Assembly (NCBI GenBank): GCA_021739645.1
Contig: JAIPBL010000005.1
Span: 71,378-135,377 of the forward strand
DNA from: Saprospiraceae bacterium
GTDB taxonomy: Bacteria > Bacteroidota > Bacteroidia > Chitinophagales > Saprospiraceae
Direction: 5' to 3'
Length of the DNA stretch: 64,000 nucleotides
The position numbers and the translations under genes were made by a program. The notes beneath the pieces are model-generated. The model saw nothing but the letters and a program-made list of their open reading frames with translations. It had not been told where the DNA came from and ran no database searches. This document shows positions 35,106 through 44,700 of this stretch, piece after piece (position 1 is the first letter of the stretch; the number at the start of each line of letters is the position of its first letter).

Positions 35106-35106
35106 G
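35081..35106. repeat. (GGGAATTA)3 octamer tandem repeat encoding the last residues and the stop of the GT2 gene
   Basis: GGGAATTAGGGAATTAGGGAATTAGG. Translated as ...GIRELGN*. Confidence 0.9.
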
Positions 35107-35335
35107 ACTCGAAAAATTTCCGTATTCAATGGTCTCTATGCTCTACGTATTCAATGGCTTTGATGCCGAAATAAATGGCGGCCAAGACGAGGGTGTATGT
35201 GAGTGTTGCGGTCATTCTTGTGCTGGTAGGTAATGGCAGTTTTGTTTTAGATGCCTTTCTTGCTTCGCAAAGGTCAGTATTTTTTTTAAAAAACCAGCTT
35301 GAAACTTCTACGTGGGACGCTTGCCGACGATTGAA

Positions 35336-36151
35336 ATGAAAAAAATGACAAAATCCGACCTGAAAATCTTTCTTGACGACTGCGTCGAAAAGTACAACCG
35401 ACCCAATTTTGTGGAAAATGACCCCATCTGCATTCCGCACCGTTTTTCAAAAAAAGAGGACATTGAAATCAGCGCCTTCTGGACTGCCATGCTTGCCTGG
35501 GGCCAGCGCAAAACCATCATCAACAAGGCCAGCGAACTCTTCGGCCTCATGGATGGAGCGCCGCATGACTTCATTCTAAACCACCACGAAACCGACCGAA
35601 AACCTTTCTTAAAGTTCGTTCACCGCACTTTCCAAGCAACGGACACGCTGTATTTTTTGGAGTTTTTTCAATGGTTTTACCAAAACCACGAATCATTAGA
35701 AGAGGCGTTTTTGAGAGGCATGAAACCTGACGACCTGCATGTTGGCGATGGATTGATTGAATTCCGAGCACTGTTTTTTTCCTTGCCCGACTCGCCGCAA
35801 CGTACCAGAAAGCACGTCTCCTCCCCTGCCACAAAGTCCAGTTGCAAGCGCCTAAACATGTTCCTCCGCTGGATGGTCAGGAGCGACGGCAGAGGCGTGG
35901 ATTTTGGCATTTGGAAAAACATCAAGCCCTCCCAACTGCTTGTCCCCCTCGATGTGCATGTGGAGCGTCACGCCCGCCGTTTCGGCCTAATGGAACGCCC
36001 TCAAACAGATTGGTTGGCTGTACTGGAACTGACGGGACGGCTGCGTGAATTCGACCCGGAAGACCCGGTGAAGTATGATTTTGCGCTATTTGGGCTGGGA
36101 GCCTTGGTAGGGATGAGGGATGAGGGATCTTGCGACTGGTATCATTCCTAA
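35336..36151 (+). CDS. TIGR02757 family protein (DUF2400)
   Basis: N-terminal pattern YNRPNFVENDPICIPHRFSKKEDIEISAFWTAMLAWGQRK, then VPLDVHVERHARRFGL. Family recall is from memory. The ATG at 35336 or the alternative start at 35312 are both possible. Confidence 0.7.
   Translation: MKKMTKSDLKIFLDDCVEKYNRPNFVENDPICIPHRFSKKEDIEISAFWTAMLAWGQRKTIINKASELFGLMDGAPHDFILNHHETDRKPFLKFVHRTFQATDTLYFLEFFQWFYQNHESLEEAFLRGMKPDDLHVGDGLIEFRALFFSLPDSPQRTRKHVSSPATKSSCKRLNMFLRWMVRSDGRGVDFGIWKNIKPSQLLVPLDVHVERHARRFGLMERPQTDWLAVLELTGRLREFDPEDPVKYDFALFGLGALVGMRDEGSCDWYHS
36109..36129. repeat. (AGGGATG)3 heptamer tandem repeat within the 3' end of the TIGR02757 gene
   Basis: AGGGATGAGGGATGAGGGATC is translated as GMRDEGS. 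A complementary ATCCCTC word follows at 36151-36157, just after the stop. Confidence 0.85.
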
Positions 36152-36176
36152 TCCCTCGCTCCTTATTCCTTAGATA

Positions 36177-37025
36177 TTAATCCAACACCTCCAACACAAA
36201 CCGCTTGTAGTTCCCGTTCCCCTGCTGGTCGTTTTGGCAGCGCATGTTGGCCATATCCGGTAGCAGCTTGTCCCTATCCTCGTAGGAGGGTCGAGTTTGC
36301 AGCCATCTTGCGCTGATAAAATCTGAGTTGGAAATAAATGGAAGAAGACCCACAGGGTCGAGAATGGAAGTAGCGCAGGTATTGTCAATAGCGGCCTTAT
36401 CCACGGCCTCGATGGTTTCTGGGGCAAAAACAAAGGAAGTCATTTCTTGTGCAAGTACCTCGGCAGTGAGTGGGTTTGGCTGGTCATTCCCTTCAATCAA
36501 ATTATTGATTGTCAGCGAATTGTACTCCTTCACCCATTGCGCAAGCAAATAGCCATCATCCATCAGCGTTGCTTCGAAAGAAAGCAGGGCGTACAACTCG
36601 AAGTCCTTTTGGAAGCTTTTCAACATGCCCGTGGAGATGAAAAAGTCGCCGCCCGGCAAGGTGAAGGCAAGTCGCTCGGTGTCGTTTTTTAGAATGAAAA
36701 CTTCCCATTGGCGGTCTTGGTCCCATTTGTTGTAAACAGGTGATTGTCGGTCGAGATGCATGGTGCTGGTAGCCTGCCCGTAGAGGGTTTGGACGTACCA
36801 ATAAACCGAAGTGTCATAAGGCGGAAGTTCCGGCAGGAATTCATGCTGGTCGAGCAGCTCATTGCGGAGCATGGTGCCAATTTTTTCCAATTTTTCTTTT
36901 GTAAAAGTTTGTTCGGTGGGCACGTTGGGCAGGTCGCCCTGACAGGCGCCGAAAATAAAAGCGGCAAAAGCAAGCAGTGTAAACGCCCTCACCGGGCGGT
37001 GAAGCCGAGGTTCGTCATAGTTCAT
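36177..37025 (-). CDS. lipoprotein, M48-peptidase-like region with degenerate zinc site
   Basis: Lipobox FAAFIFGAC. LAFTLPGGDFFISTGMLKSF...ELYALLSFEATLMDD resembles the NAF..PGG......G.L.......EL..VL.HE..H region of M48 peptidases. SFEAT stands where HExxH is expected. Confidence 0.55.
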   Translation of the reverse strand: MNYDEPRLHRPVRAFTLLAFAAFIFGACQGDLPNVPTEQTFTKEKLEKIGTMLRNELLDQHEFLPELPPYDTSVYWYVQTLYGQATSTMHLDRQSPVYNKWDQDRQWEVFILKNDTERLAFTLPGGDFFISTGMLKSFQKDFELYALLSFEATLMDDGYLLAQWVKEYNSLTINNLIEGNDQPNPLTAEVLAQEMTSFVFAPETIEAVDKAAIDNTCATSILDPVGLLPFISNSDFISARWLQTRPSYEDRDKLLPDMANMRCQNDQQGNGNYKRFVLEVLD

Positions 37026-37100
37026 AGTCGTTTGTTTTCTGTAGTTCGTTGAAATTGCAGGGAGGATAAAGCTGGAATTTTTGCAAAAACCAAGCCGTAC

Positions 37101-37961
37101 TTACTTCAACAACCGCAACAAATACTCGCCATACCCGCTTTTGATAAACTTGTGGCCAAGCTTTTCGAGCTTTGCATCGTCTATAAAACCCATCTCCCAA
37201 GCTATTTCTTCAATGCAGCCAATTTTCAAACCTTGCCGCTCTTCGATGACCTGAATGAACTGTCCCGCTTGTAGCAGCGAGTCGTGTGTACCGGTGTCCA
37301 GCCAGGCCACGCCACGTCCCAAAACTCCCACTTTCAGCTTGCCCATTTCGAGGTAAATACGGTTCACGTCGGTGATTTCGTACTCCCCCCTTGGGCTGGG
37401 TTTCAGGTTTTTGCAAATGTCAACTATCTGATTATCATAGAAATACAATCCGGGCACGGCATAATTTGACTTTGGCTTCGCAGGTTTTTCTTCGATGGAA
37501 ATGGCCTTGCGGTTTTCATCAAACTCCACGACGCCGTAGCGTTCAGGGTCTGCCACTTGATAAGCGAAAATAACACCGCCATCGGGATTGGCACTGGCAT
37601 GCATCAGTTCGGCCATGCCTGCGCCGTAGAAGATGTTGTCGCCCAAAATCAGGGCGGCTGGCTCGCCGTTGATGAACTTTTCGCCCAAAACGAAGGCCTG
37701 CGCCAAGCCATTTGGTTCATGCTGCACCACATATTCGAAATTGCAGCCGATTTCGCTGCCGTCGCCGAGCAGTTTCTCGAAATTGGGAAGGTCGTTGGGC
37801 GTGGAAATGATGAGTACGTCCTTGATTCCCGCTTGCAACAAGGTGCTCAAGGGGTAATAAATCATCGGTTTGTCATAAACCGGCATCATTTGCTTGCTCA
37901 CGACGAGCGTGAGTGGGTAAAGACGGGTGCCGAGACCTCCGGCGAGTATGATTCCTTTCAT
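37101..37961 (-). CDS. rfbA: glucose-1-phosphate thymidylyltransferase
   Basis: [18 protein letters not shown]...[21 protein letters not shown]...LGDNIFYG...YGVVEFD...[18 protein letters not shown]. Confidence 0.95.
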   Translation of the reverse strand: MKGIILAGGLGTRLYPLTLVVSKQMMPVYDKPMIYYPLSTLLQAGIKDVLIISTPNDLPNFEKLLGDGSEIGCNFEYVVQHEPNGLAQAFVLGEKFINGEPAALILGDNIFYGAGMAELMHASANPDGGVIFAYQVADPERYGVVEFDENRKAISIEEKPAKPKSNYAVPGLYFYDNQIVDICKNLKPSPRGEYEITDVNRIYLEMGKLKVGVLGRGVAWLDTGTHDSLLQAGQFIQVIEERQGLKIGCIEEIAWEMGFIDDAKLEKLGHKFIKSGYGEYLLRLLK

Positions 37962-37998
37962 GAAAAATTTGCTTTTGACATTTTTGTTGATAAACCAC

Positions 37999-38385
37999 TT
38001 ACTGCAAACTGCCCGCCAGATTCTTGTTGAGCAGTTGGCGGCGAATTCGAATTGTCAATTCGTCTGGTTTTATGGGCGTCAAAATGAAGTCATTGGCACC
38101 CAACCGAAGGGACTCCATCAAAAGTTGTTCGTTCTCCACCGTACCGTAAGTCATAATCGGCATTTCGCTCGTGCTTGCCTCTTTTCGAATGAACTGCACG
38201 ATGTCCAAAGCTTCAAAATCAGGCAGGTCAAGGTCAACTACCACCATATCCGGGTGCATAGTTCGGGTTTTTTCGAGGGCTATTTTTGCGTTTTCGGCCA
38301 CTATCAGTTTCCAGCCATTTTTTCGGAAACGAAATTCAAACGTGGTGAGCATGAGTTCTTCGGCGGTACAGAGCAGGATGTTCAT
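37999..38385 (-). CDS. single-domain response regulator (REC only)
   Basis: [17 protein letters not shown] (acceptor Asp), IMTYGT (Thr), ILTPIKP (Lys). The N-terminal acidic pair is EE (CTAEE) rather than DD. Confidence 0.8.
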   Translation of the reverse strand: MNILLCTAEELMLTTFEFRFRKNGWKLIVAENAKIALEKTRTMHPDMVVVDLDLPDFEALDIVQFIRKEASTSEMPIMTYGTVENEQLLMESLRLGANDFILTPIKPDELTIRIRRQLLNKNLAGSLQ

Positions 38386-38430
38386 ATTCTAGTGTTTGAG
38401 TAAGTGAGTGTTTCAATATTAGTGACAAAA

Positions 38431-40458
38431 TCAATAGTTCAACAATTTCTTTAGCTGGCTCCTAAACCTTTCCACAGGCATGAAATTCTGCTCCAGCGGC
38501 ACAGCAAATGGAATCGGCGTGTCCAGTCCGGCAGCCCGTAAGACTGGGCCATCAAGTTGGTCAAACAAATGCTCCGAAATCCAAGCCGCCAACTCACCAC
38601 CTACCCCACCCTTGAGCGTATCTTCGTGGAGGATGATGACCCGGTTCGTTTTTTCGACTGTATCAACAATTGCCTGATAATCAACGGGTAAAAGCGAACG
38701 CAAGTCAATGATGTCGGCGTCAATGCCTTCTTCTTCGCAAACTTTCAGCGCCCAGTAAACACCCATGCCGTAGGTAATGACGCTCACCGCCGAGCCTTCC
38801 CGTGCCACCCTCGCCTTGCCGATTTCGACGGTATAATACCCATCGGGAATCTCCTCCGAAATGCTGCGGTAAAGCGCTTTATGCTCGAAAAACATCACCG
38901 GGTTCGGGTCTTCAAAAGCCGCCAAAAGCAGTCCTTTGGCGTCATAAGGTGTACTTGGCACCACCACTTTCAGGCCGGGCGTGTGCACGAACCACGCCTC
39001 GTTGCTTTGGGAATGAAATGGCCCTGCACCTACCCCGCCGCCGCTCGGCATCCTGACCACCACATCGGCGGGTACGCCCCAGCGGTAGTGGATTTTAGCG
39101 AGGTTATTGATGATTTGGTTGAAGGCACAGGTCACAAAATCGGCGAACTGCATCTCCACCATGCTCTTGAATCCTTTCAAACTCAAACCCAGTGCTGCAC
39201 CCACGATGGCGCTCTCGCAAATGGGCGTATTGCGCACCCGCTCCTTCCCGAACTCCTCCATGAAACCCTGGGTGATTTTGAAAACCCCACCGTAGTCTGC
39301 AATGTCCTGCCCCATCAGTACCAGGTTTTCGTGCTTTTGCATCGCAAGTCGCAACCCATCCGATATTGCATCAATATACCGCTTTTCGGTTTTAGCCCCC
39401 GTATCTGACTGCCAACTGCCAACTGCCGAACTGCCAACTGGAATGGGAGCGTAAACATCTCCCAATTCCTCTGCTAAATCCGGCACAATCTCCGGCTCAC
39501 TGACGGTCTTTTTCCAAGCTGAATCTATTTCGTCCTTGATTTCCTTGCGGAAAACAGCAATGGCTTCCTCATCCAAAATACCCTCTTCCATCAGAAAATG
39601 CTCGTAGTTTTTGAGGGGGTCTTTCAGCGCCCATTCCTCTAAAAGTTCCTTCGGAACGTACTTCACGCCGCTCGCCTCCTCGTGGCCCCGCATCCGGAAG
39701 GTCTTGCACTCCACCAGCACAGGGTGCGGGTTCTTGCGAATTTCGACAGCCAGTTTGTCAAGGGTATTGTAAACTTCGAGGATGTTGTTGCCATCAATGA
39801 TGACGGACTTCATGCCGTAGCCCACGCCCTTGTCGGCAATATTTGCGCAGCGAAACTGCTCTTTTGTCGTTGTCGATAGTCCGTAGCCGTTGTTTTCCAC
39901 GACAAAAATTACGGGTAAATCCCACACGGCAGCCACGTTCAGCGCCTCGTGGAAGTCGCCTTCGCTCGTGCCGCCCTCGCCGCTGAAAGCCACGGCCACC
40001 CGTTTTTCGCCTTTGAGTTTGTGCGCCAAGGCAGTGCCGTCCGCCAGTGCCAGTTGAGGCCCGAGGTGGCTTATCATTCCCACGATGCCGTAGTCTAAAG
40101 TCCCAAAGTGAAAGCTGCGCTCCCGACCTTTCGAGAAGCCGCTTTTTTTGCCCTGCAACTGGGAAAACAGCGTCGTCAACGGCACGTCACGCACGGTGAA
40201 AACGCCGAGGTTGCGGTGCAGCGTGAACACCAACTCATCCGGCAACAGGGCGCTAGTGATACCCACGGCGATGGCCTCCTGCCCGATGCCGCTGAACCAT
40301 TTGGACACCTGCCCCTGCCGCAGCAGGATGAGCATTTTTTCCTCAACCATGCGGGGCTTAAGCAGTCGGCGGTAGAGTTTGAGCAGGGTTTCTTTGCTCA
40401 GTTTTCCTTTTTTGAACTGGATGGGTTGGGTGGTTGCGGTTGGCATTTCGATAGACAT
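38431..40458 (-). CDS. fused 2-oxoacid dehydrogenase E1 component, alpha + beta subunits (TPP-dependent)
   Basis: Alpha half: MVEEKML.LLRQGQVSKWFSGIGQEA, GDFHEALNVAAVWDLPVIFVVENNGYGLST. Beta half starts near KRYIDAISDGLRLAMQKHENLVLMGQDIADYGGVFKIT and continues ...RVRNTPICESAIVG. Confidence 0.9.
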   Translation of the reverse strand: MSIEMPTATTQPIQFKKGKLSKETLLKLYRRLLKPRMVEEKMLILLRQGQVSKWFSGIGQEAIAVGITSALLPDELVFTLHRNLGVFTVRDVPLTTLFSQLQGKKSGFSKGRERSFHFGTLDYGIVGMISHLGPQLALADGTALAHKLKGEKRVAVAFSGEGGTSEGDFHEALNVAAVWDLPVIFVVENNGYGLSTTTKEQFRCANIADKGVGYGMKSVIIDGNNILEVYNTLDKLAVEIRKNPHPVLVECKTFRMRGHEEASGVKYVPKELLEEWALKDPLKNYEHFLMEEGILDEEAIAVFRKEIKDEIDSAWKKTVSEPEIVPDLAEELGDVYAPIPVGSSAVGSWQSDTGAKTEKRYIDAISDGLRLAMQKHENLVLMGQDIADYGGVFKITQGFMEEFGKERVRNTPICESAIVGAALGLSLKGFKSMVEMQFADFVTCAFNQIINNLAKIHYRWGVPADVVVRMPSGGGVGAGPFHSQSNEAWFVHTPGLKVVVPSTPYDAKGLLLAAFEDPNPVMFFEHKALYRSISEEIPDGYYTVEIGKARVAREGSAVSVITYGMGVYWALKVCEEEGIDADIIDLRSLLPVDYQAIVDTVEKTNRVIILHEDTLKGGVGGELAAWISEHLFDQLDGPVLRAAGLDTPIPFAVPLEQNFMPVERFRSQLKKLLNY
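39405..39441. repeat. (ACTGCCA)-type heptamer repeat inside the E1 alpha/beta linker
   Basis: CTGACTGCCAACTGCCAACTGCCGAACTGCCAACTGG. On the coding strand it is translated as PVGSSAVGSWQSD, lying between the alpha and beta homology regions. Confidence 0.85.
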
Positions 40459-40476
40459 ATTTTAAAAAAAGTAGGG

Positions 40477-40484
40477 CAAAGATA
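40477..40484 (-). promoter_or_regulatory. candidate -7 promoter box TATCTTTG for the E1 gene
   Basis: The minus strand reads TATCTTTG, 19 nt upstream of the ATG at 40458. Confidence 0.4.
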
Positions 40485-40739
40485 GCGGAAAGTTGGGTAG
40501 AGCTTCCCGGCTTTTGAAATCATTTTCAAGTAAAAACACATTCTTTGGTTGCATCAATAATTACATCAAAAAAAGCTTTTCCAATATGGAAAAACAAATC
40601 ACTTTCCTTTTCATCTACTTCGCAATTTTCGCTTTTATTCAAGCTACCACCACCCTCAACGTTTACATCGGCACCACGACCATCAGCCGCCAAACTGCAC
40701 AGCATTGCCATTCTCATTTTTCACACCCCAAAACTCACG

Positions 40740-41660
40740 CTAAAAATACCTCGGCCTCAGCACCTGCGCTGGCACCGCCGCTTTAATGAAACAATATTCC
40801 AACATCAGTTCAAAGCCGCCCGCATTGCCGCTGCGCACTGGGCCAAGTCCCATATCATAAGCCAGCCCGGCCCTCAGCCGTTCTGCAATTTGGTACTGCC
40901 CAAGTGCCACCAAAGCATCCCCGCCAAGGCCAGTAGTCGTATGGCTCATCCTCAAGGTACTGCCCAACCACAACCGGGCCTCTTTCGTGAACCCAAATCC
41001 AAGGTAAAAATCCATGCTAGGTGGTGCATTCTTCACCAATCGAACCGCCCCAGCCGAACGCATCCGCAGTTTTGGAGACAGTTCCAGTACCGCCCCGGCA
41101 TTGGCGAAAATATGCCGAACCTGCCCATTGGCCTGCCCCCGGTCGAGCACCTGCGGCACCGCCACACCTACGAAAAAACGCTCGTTTTCAAAATGGGCGC
41201 CCATGCCCAAATTGTAGGCATAATTCAAGTCCATCATTCCCTCGGTGCTGCCCAACGAGCCAGAAATCGTTCGCACTTCCGACAAATCCGCCTCGTAACG
41301 GTTCATGCTGCCGTGCAGCCCGATGCCCAAACTTCCACCCGCCATCGGCACCCGGTAGGCATAAGCCAACTGGGCGCTGGTCGAGTTGAAAAACCCGATT
41401 TGTTCGTTGGCAATCGTCAGTCCGATGCCCACCCGACCTGCCAACAACGGCGAATTGAAACTCAGCGCATCCGTTACCGGAGCACCTTCCAGTCCCACCC
41501 ATTGCTGGCGGTGAAAAGCGGTAAAACTGGGAAGCCCCGTGCTCCCGGCTGCACCGGGGTTCGATATGATTTTGTTGTAAAAAAGCTGTGAAAAAATAGG
41601 CACTTGCTGTGCCGACAGCGAAGTTCCAAAAAATAGGAAAAGTAGGTATAGGTATCTCAT
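40740..41660 (-). CDS. PorP/SprF family type IX secretion system membrane protein
   Basis: Signal MRYLYLLFLFFGTSLSAQ, then the signature QVPIFSQLFYNKIISNPGAAG. About 300 aa. Confidence 0.9.
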   Translation of the reverse strand: MRYLYLLFLFFGTSLSAQQVPIFSQLFYNKIISNPGAAGSTGLPSFTAFHRQQWVGLEGAPVTDALSFNSPLLAGRVGIGLTIANEQIGFFNSTSAQLAYAYRVPMAGGSLGIGLHGSMNRYEADLSEVRTISGSLGSTEGMMDLNYAYNLGMGAHFENERFFVGVAVPQVLDRGQANGQVRHIFANAGAVLELSPKLRMRSAGAVRLVKNAPPSMDFYLGFGFTKEARLWLGSTLRMSHTTTGLGGDALVALGQYQIAERLRAGLAYDMGLGPVRSGNAGGFELMLEYCFIKAAVPAQVLRPRYF

Positions 41661-41666
41661 TTTTTT

Positions 41667-41757
41667 GTAACACGGACTGCCAGTCCGTGCTTTCTTGTTT
41701 TATTTAAACGACAGGTTTTTAGTACATGGAAAAGCACGGACTGGCAGTCCGTGTTAC
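41667..41757. repeat. nested palindrome between the adhesin stop and the porP/sprF start
   Basis: The arms GTAACACGGACTGCCAGTCCGTGCTTTC (41667-41694) and GAAAAGCACGGACTGGCAGTCCGTGTTAC (41729-41757) are near-perfect inverted copies. Each arm is itself palindromic (CACGGACTGsCAGTCCGTG). The right arm overlaps the adhesin stop codon at 41754-41756. Confidence 0.9.
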
Positions 41758-44700
41758 TGCACCACCACAAACCCCTGCAACAATGTCCCCCTCCCATCAT
41801 TCAACCGAAGCTGATAGAAGTACGTGCCCTGCGGCAACGGTTGCCCATCGTAAGTTCCGCCCCAGTCATTTTGATAGTCAATGGATTCAAAAACCGTTGA
41901 GCCCCAGCGGTTGAAAATCAGGATGGAACTGCCCGGCCAACCAGCGGCGCATGGAATCACAAACACGTCGTCCAACCCATCGCCGTCAGGGGTGATGAGG
42001 TTCGGGCGGAAGCAATCCTCGGCAGCCACGGAGCCATCGAGCAAGATGCGCACGTTGGCCTCGTCGCAGACATCGGCACAGGCCATCGAGCAGATGCGGT
42101 AGCGGAACCCATCCTCCCCGAAAGCGTTCGGATAAGGGACGTAGGTCACATGGCCAGTGCCGTTTTCAATCAGCTGCCCCTTCGTCGGTTTGTTCAAAAT
42201 GGTGAAAACAAAATCAGGCACGTTCTGAGTGAAATCATTTTCCAATAAGTTGATATTCAACAAACTATCGTTCAGCGGGAGCGAGTAGAAATCCTCCACC
42301 GCCTTGATGTTTTCCATAAAAACCACTGCCGTGTCACTGCCCACTCCGGGGCAAAGGCCGTTGGTCAAAGTCCAAACGAAGCGGTTCTCACCGGGCAGCA
42401 GGCCAATCACCGTCGAGTGAGCGGAGGCGGGCTGCACCACTGTCGCCCCGTCGAGCGGCGTCCATTGGCCGTCGCCGACTGTGGGTGGCGTGGCGTGGAG
42501 CGTTGCGATTTCGTTCGCTTCGCAAACGGTCTGGTCGTCGCCAGCGAAGGCAATGCCCGTTTGGGCAGGCACGACTTGCAAACTGAACGGTATGGAAAGC
42601 ACTGATTCACAGCCATTTAGCGAAGCGGAAGAAAAATAAACACCGGATTGCGAAGCAGCCAAATCTTCCAAAAGCACAGTGCCACCGCCCGAAGCAAACG
42701 GCTGCCCGTTTTGCCCAAAATAAAAATCGTATGCCGCCCCAGCCTCCGTGTTGGACACCAAAAGTTGTGTGTTCGTGCCCTCGCAGGCGGTGGCGTCACC
42801 CGTCAGCAGGGGCACGGCGGGCGTCTCCTGCACGAAAACCGAGGTCTCGGCGGCCAAAGTTGTCGAGCATTCCGGGTAGCCGATGACCACTAGAAAATCA
42901 CCCGACTGCGCAGTTCCCACCGATACAAGCACGGGATTTGGCACACCAGCGTAAAAACCCGCCGGGCCGTACCAATGGTAGTTCGCACCGGGCAAGAGGG
43001 TGGCCGAAAGCTGCACGTCCGTACCCTCGCAAGCAGGGGTGAGCGATGTGGTCGGATTCGTGGCCGAGATGTTTGATGGGAGGCTCACGACCATCAGCGG
43101 AGCGAGGTTAGACGCTTGTGTTTGGCAGCCATCCGCCGTGGTTTTTACGAAGTAACTGCCTGAATTTGAGGACATTACCGAAGATAAAAAATAGGTGGGG
43201 AAGCTGGTGGTTCCCAGCAAGTTATTCGTTGTTCCATCGTTGAAAAACCAGTCGTAGCTCACCGTGCTGCCGTTGGCTGGCGTGGCATCCAGTTGGAGCG
43301 TTTCACCTTCGCAAAGTGCGGCATCGGCCACGGTAATCGTGGGCGTTGACGGCATGGAACCCACCTCCAATGCCACGCTTTGCGGAGCAGAAACACAGCC
43401 CTCGGCGCTCGTGAGTTGGAGCGTGTAGCTGCCCTCGTTTTGCTGCGCAACGGACGTGAAGCTCAACGGAAACGGCCCAGCCACTGCCGCTGACCCCGTG
43501 AACGAAAAGCCGTTTGGCCCCGCCCAATTGAACTGAACGGGAGCTGGCATCGGCACCGAATTGGAGGCGCTGAGACTGACTGGACTGCCCTCGCAAACTG
43601 TCAAATTTGCCGATAAATTGCTGATGACCGGGGCGGGATTCACTGGAACGGAAGTGGTTGTCATCGCCTCAGCAGCACAGCCATTCGTTTTCACAACCAG
43701 TTGAAAATCAGTGGAATCTGTGAGGGAAAGCACCGGATTTTGCTCCACAGAAACGACCTGTCCGGCCACCTGCCACGCATAACTCACGTTGGGCTGAGTG
43801 GCAGCGAAAAGTTGGGCGTTTGCGCCAGCACAAACCGCACCGCCGTTCCACGCAATGGCCACGGGGGCGGGCAGCACCTGCACCGATACGGGATTGGAGA
43901 GTGGGCTTGGGCAAGTGTTCACGATGGTTTTTACCAAAAAAGGCGGCAGGGACTGTGGGTCGGTGACGGGCAGCGTCAGGGTCGAGCCACTGGTGCCGAC
44001 AGGGTCGCCATTGGCGTTTTGCCACTCGTAGCTCACCGTGCCGATGGTCGTCGGGTTCTGCACCGTGAGTTGGATTTCGGCGCCGGGGCAAACCGGGCTG
44101 TTCGAGGCCACGAGCGGGGCGGCTGGCACTGGCAAAATGCCGTCAATCAGGAGGCCAGCATTGGCGGTGCAGCCGTTCGTGCCGGTGACCGTGAGCTGGT
44201 ACGCCCCGATGGTACTGAAATCTGTTTGGTAAATGACGGGGTTCGGGGAGTCGGAGGCAAAGCCACCGGGGCCGGTCCAGTGCCAATTGGCGATGTTACT
44301 TTGGTTGGAATAAAATTGCAACGAGCCACCCTCGCAGGGCTGGCTCAAGAAAAAATCGGGGTTAGGCTGTGGTGGATCGAGCACATCCAGGAACTGACTG
44401 ACCGACTCCACCACGCAGCCGTTCACCGTCGCCCGGAGTTTGTAGCTTCCTTCAGCACCCGGTTGTACTGCGTTGAAAATCAAGGTGTTGGAGGTTTGCC
44501 CAAACAGCGGCGACGTTCCTTTGAACCATTGGTAACTGACCTGGGCGCCCGAATAAGGTTGTACCGAAAGCTGTACATCTTCGCCGGGACAGGCAGGGGC
44601 AGTGCCTTGCACGAGGGGCATGGCCACCGGGTCGGGTATGCCCGACACGAGCAGCCCCAGTGTTGCGGAGCAGCCAAAAACATTGGTCACCTGTACCGTG

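Noticed and set aside
35126-35215. 29-aa single-TM ORF (MTATLTYTLVLAAIYFGIKAIEYVEHRDH) between the GT2 and TIGR02757 genes
   Set aside because: It is too short to support without conservation or expression data. It could be a real small membrane protein, but it is equally likely to be chance.
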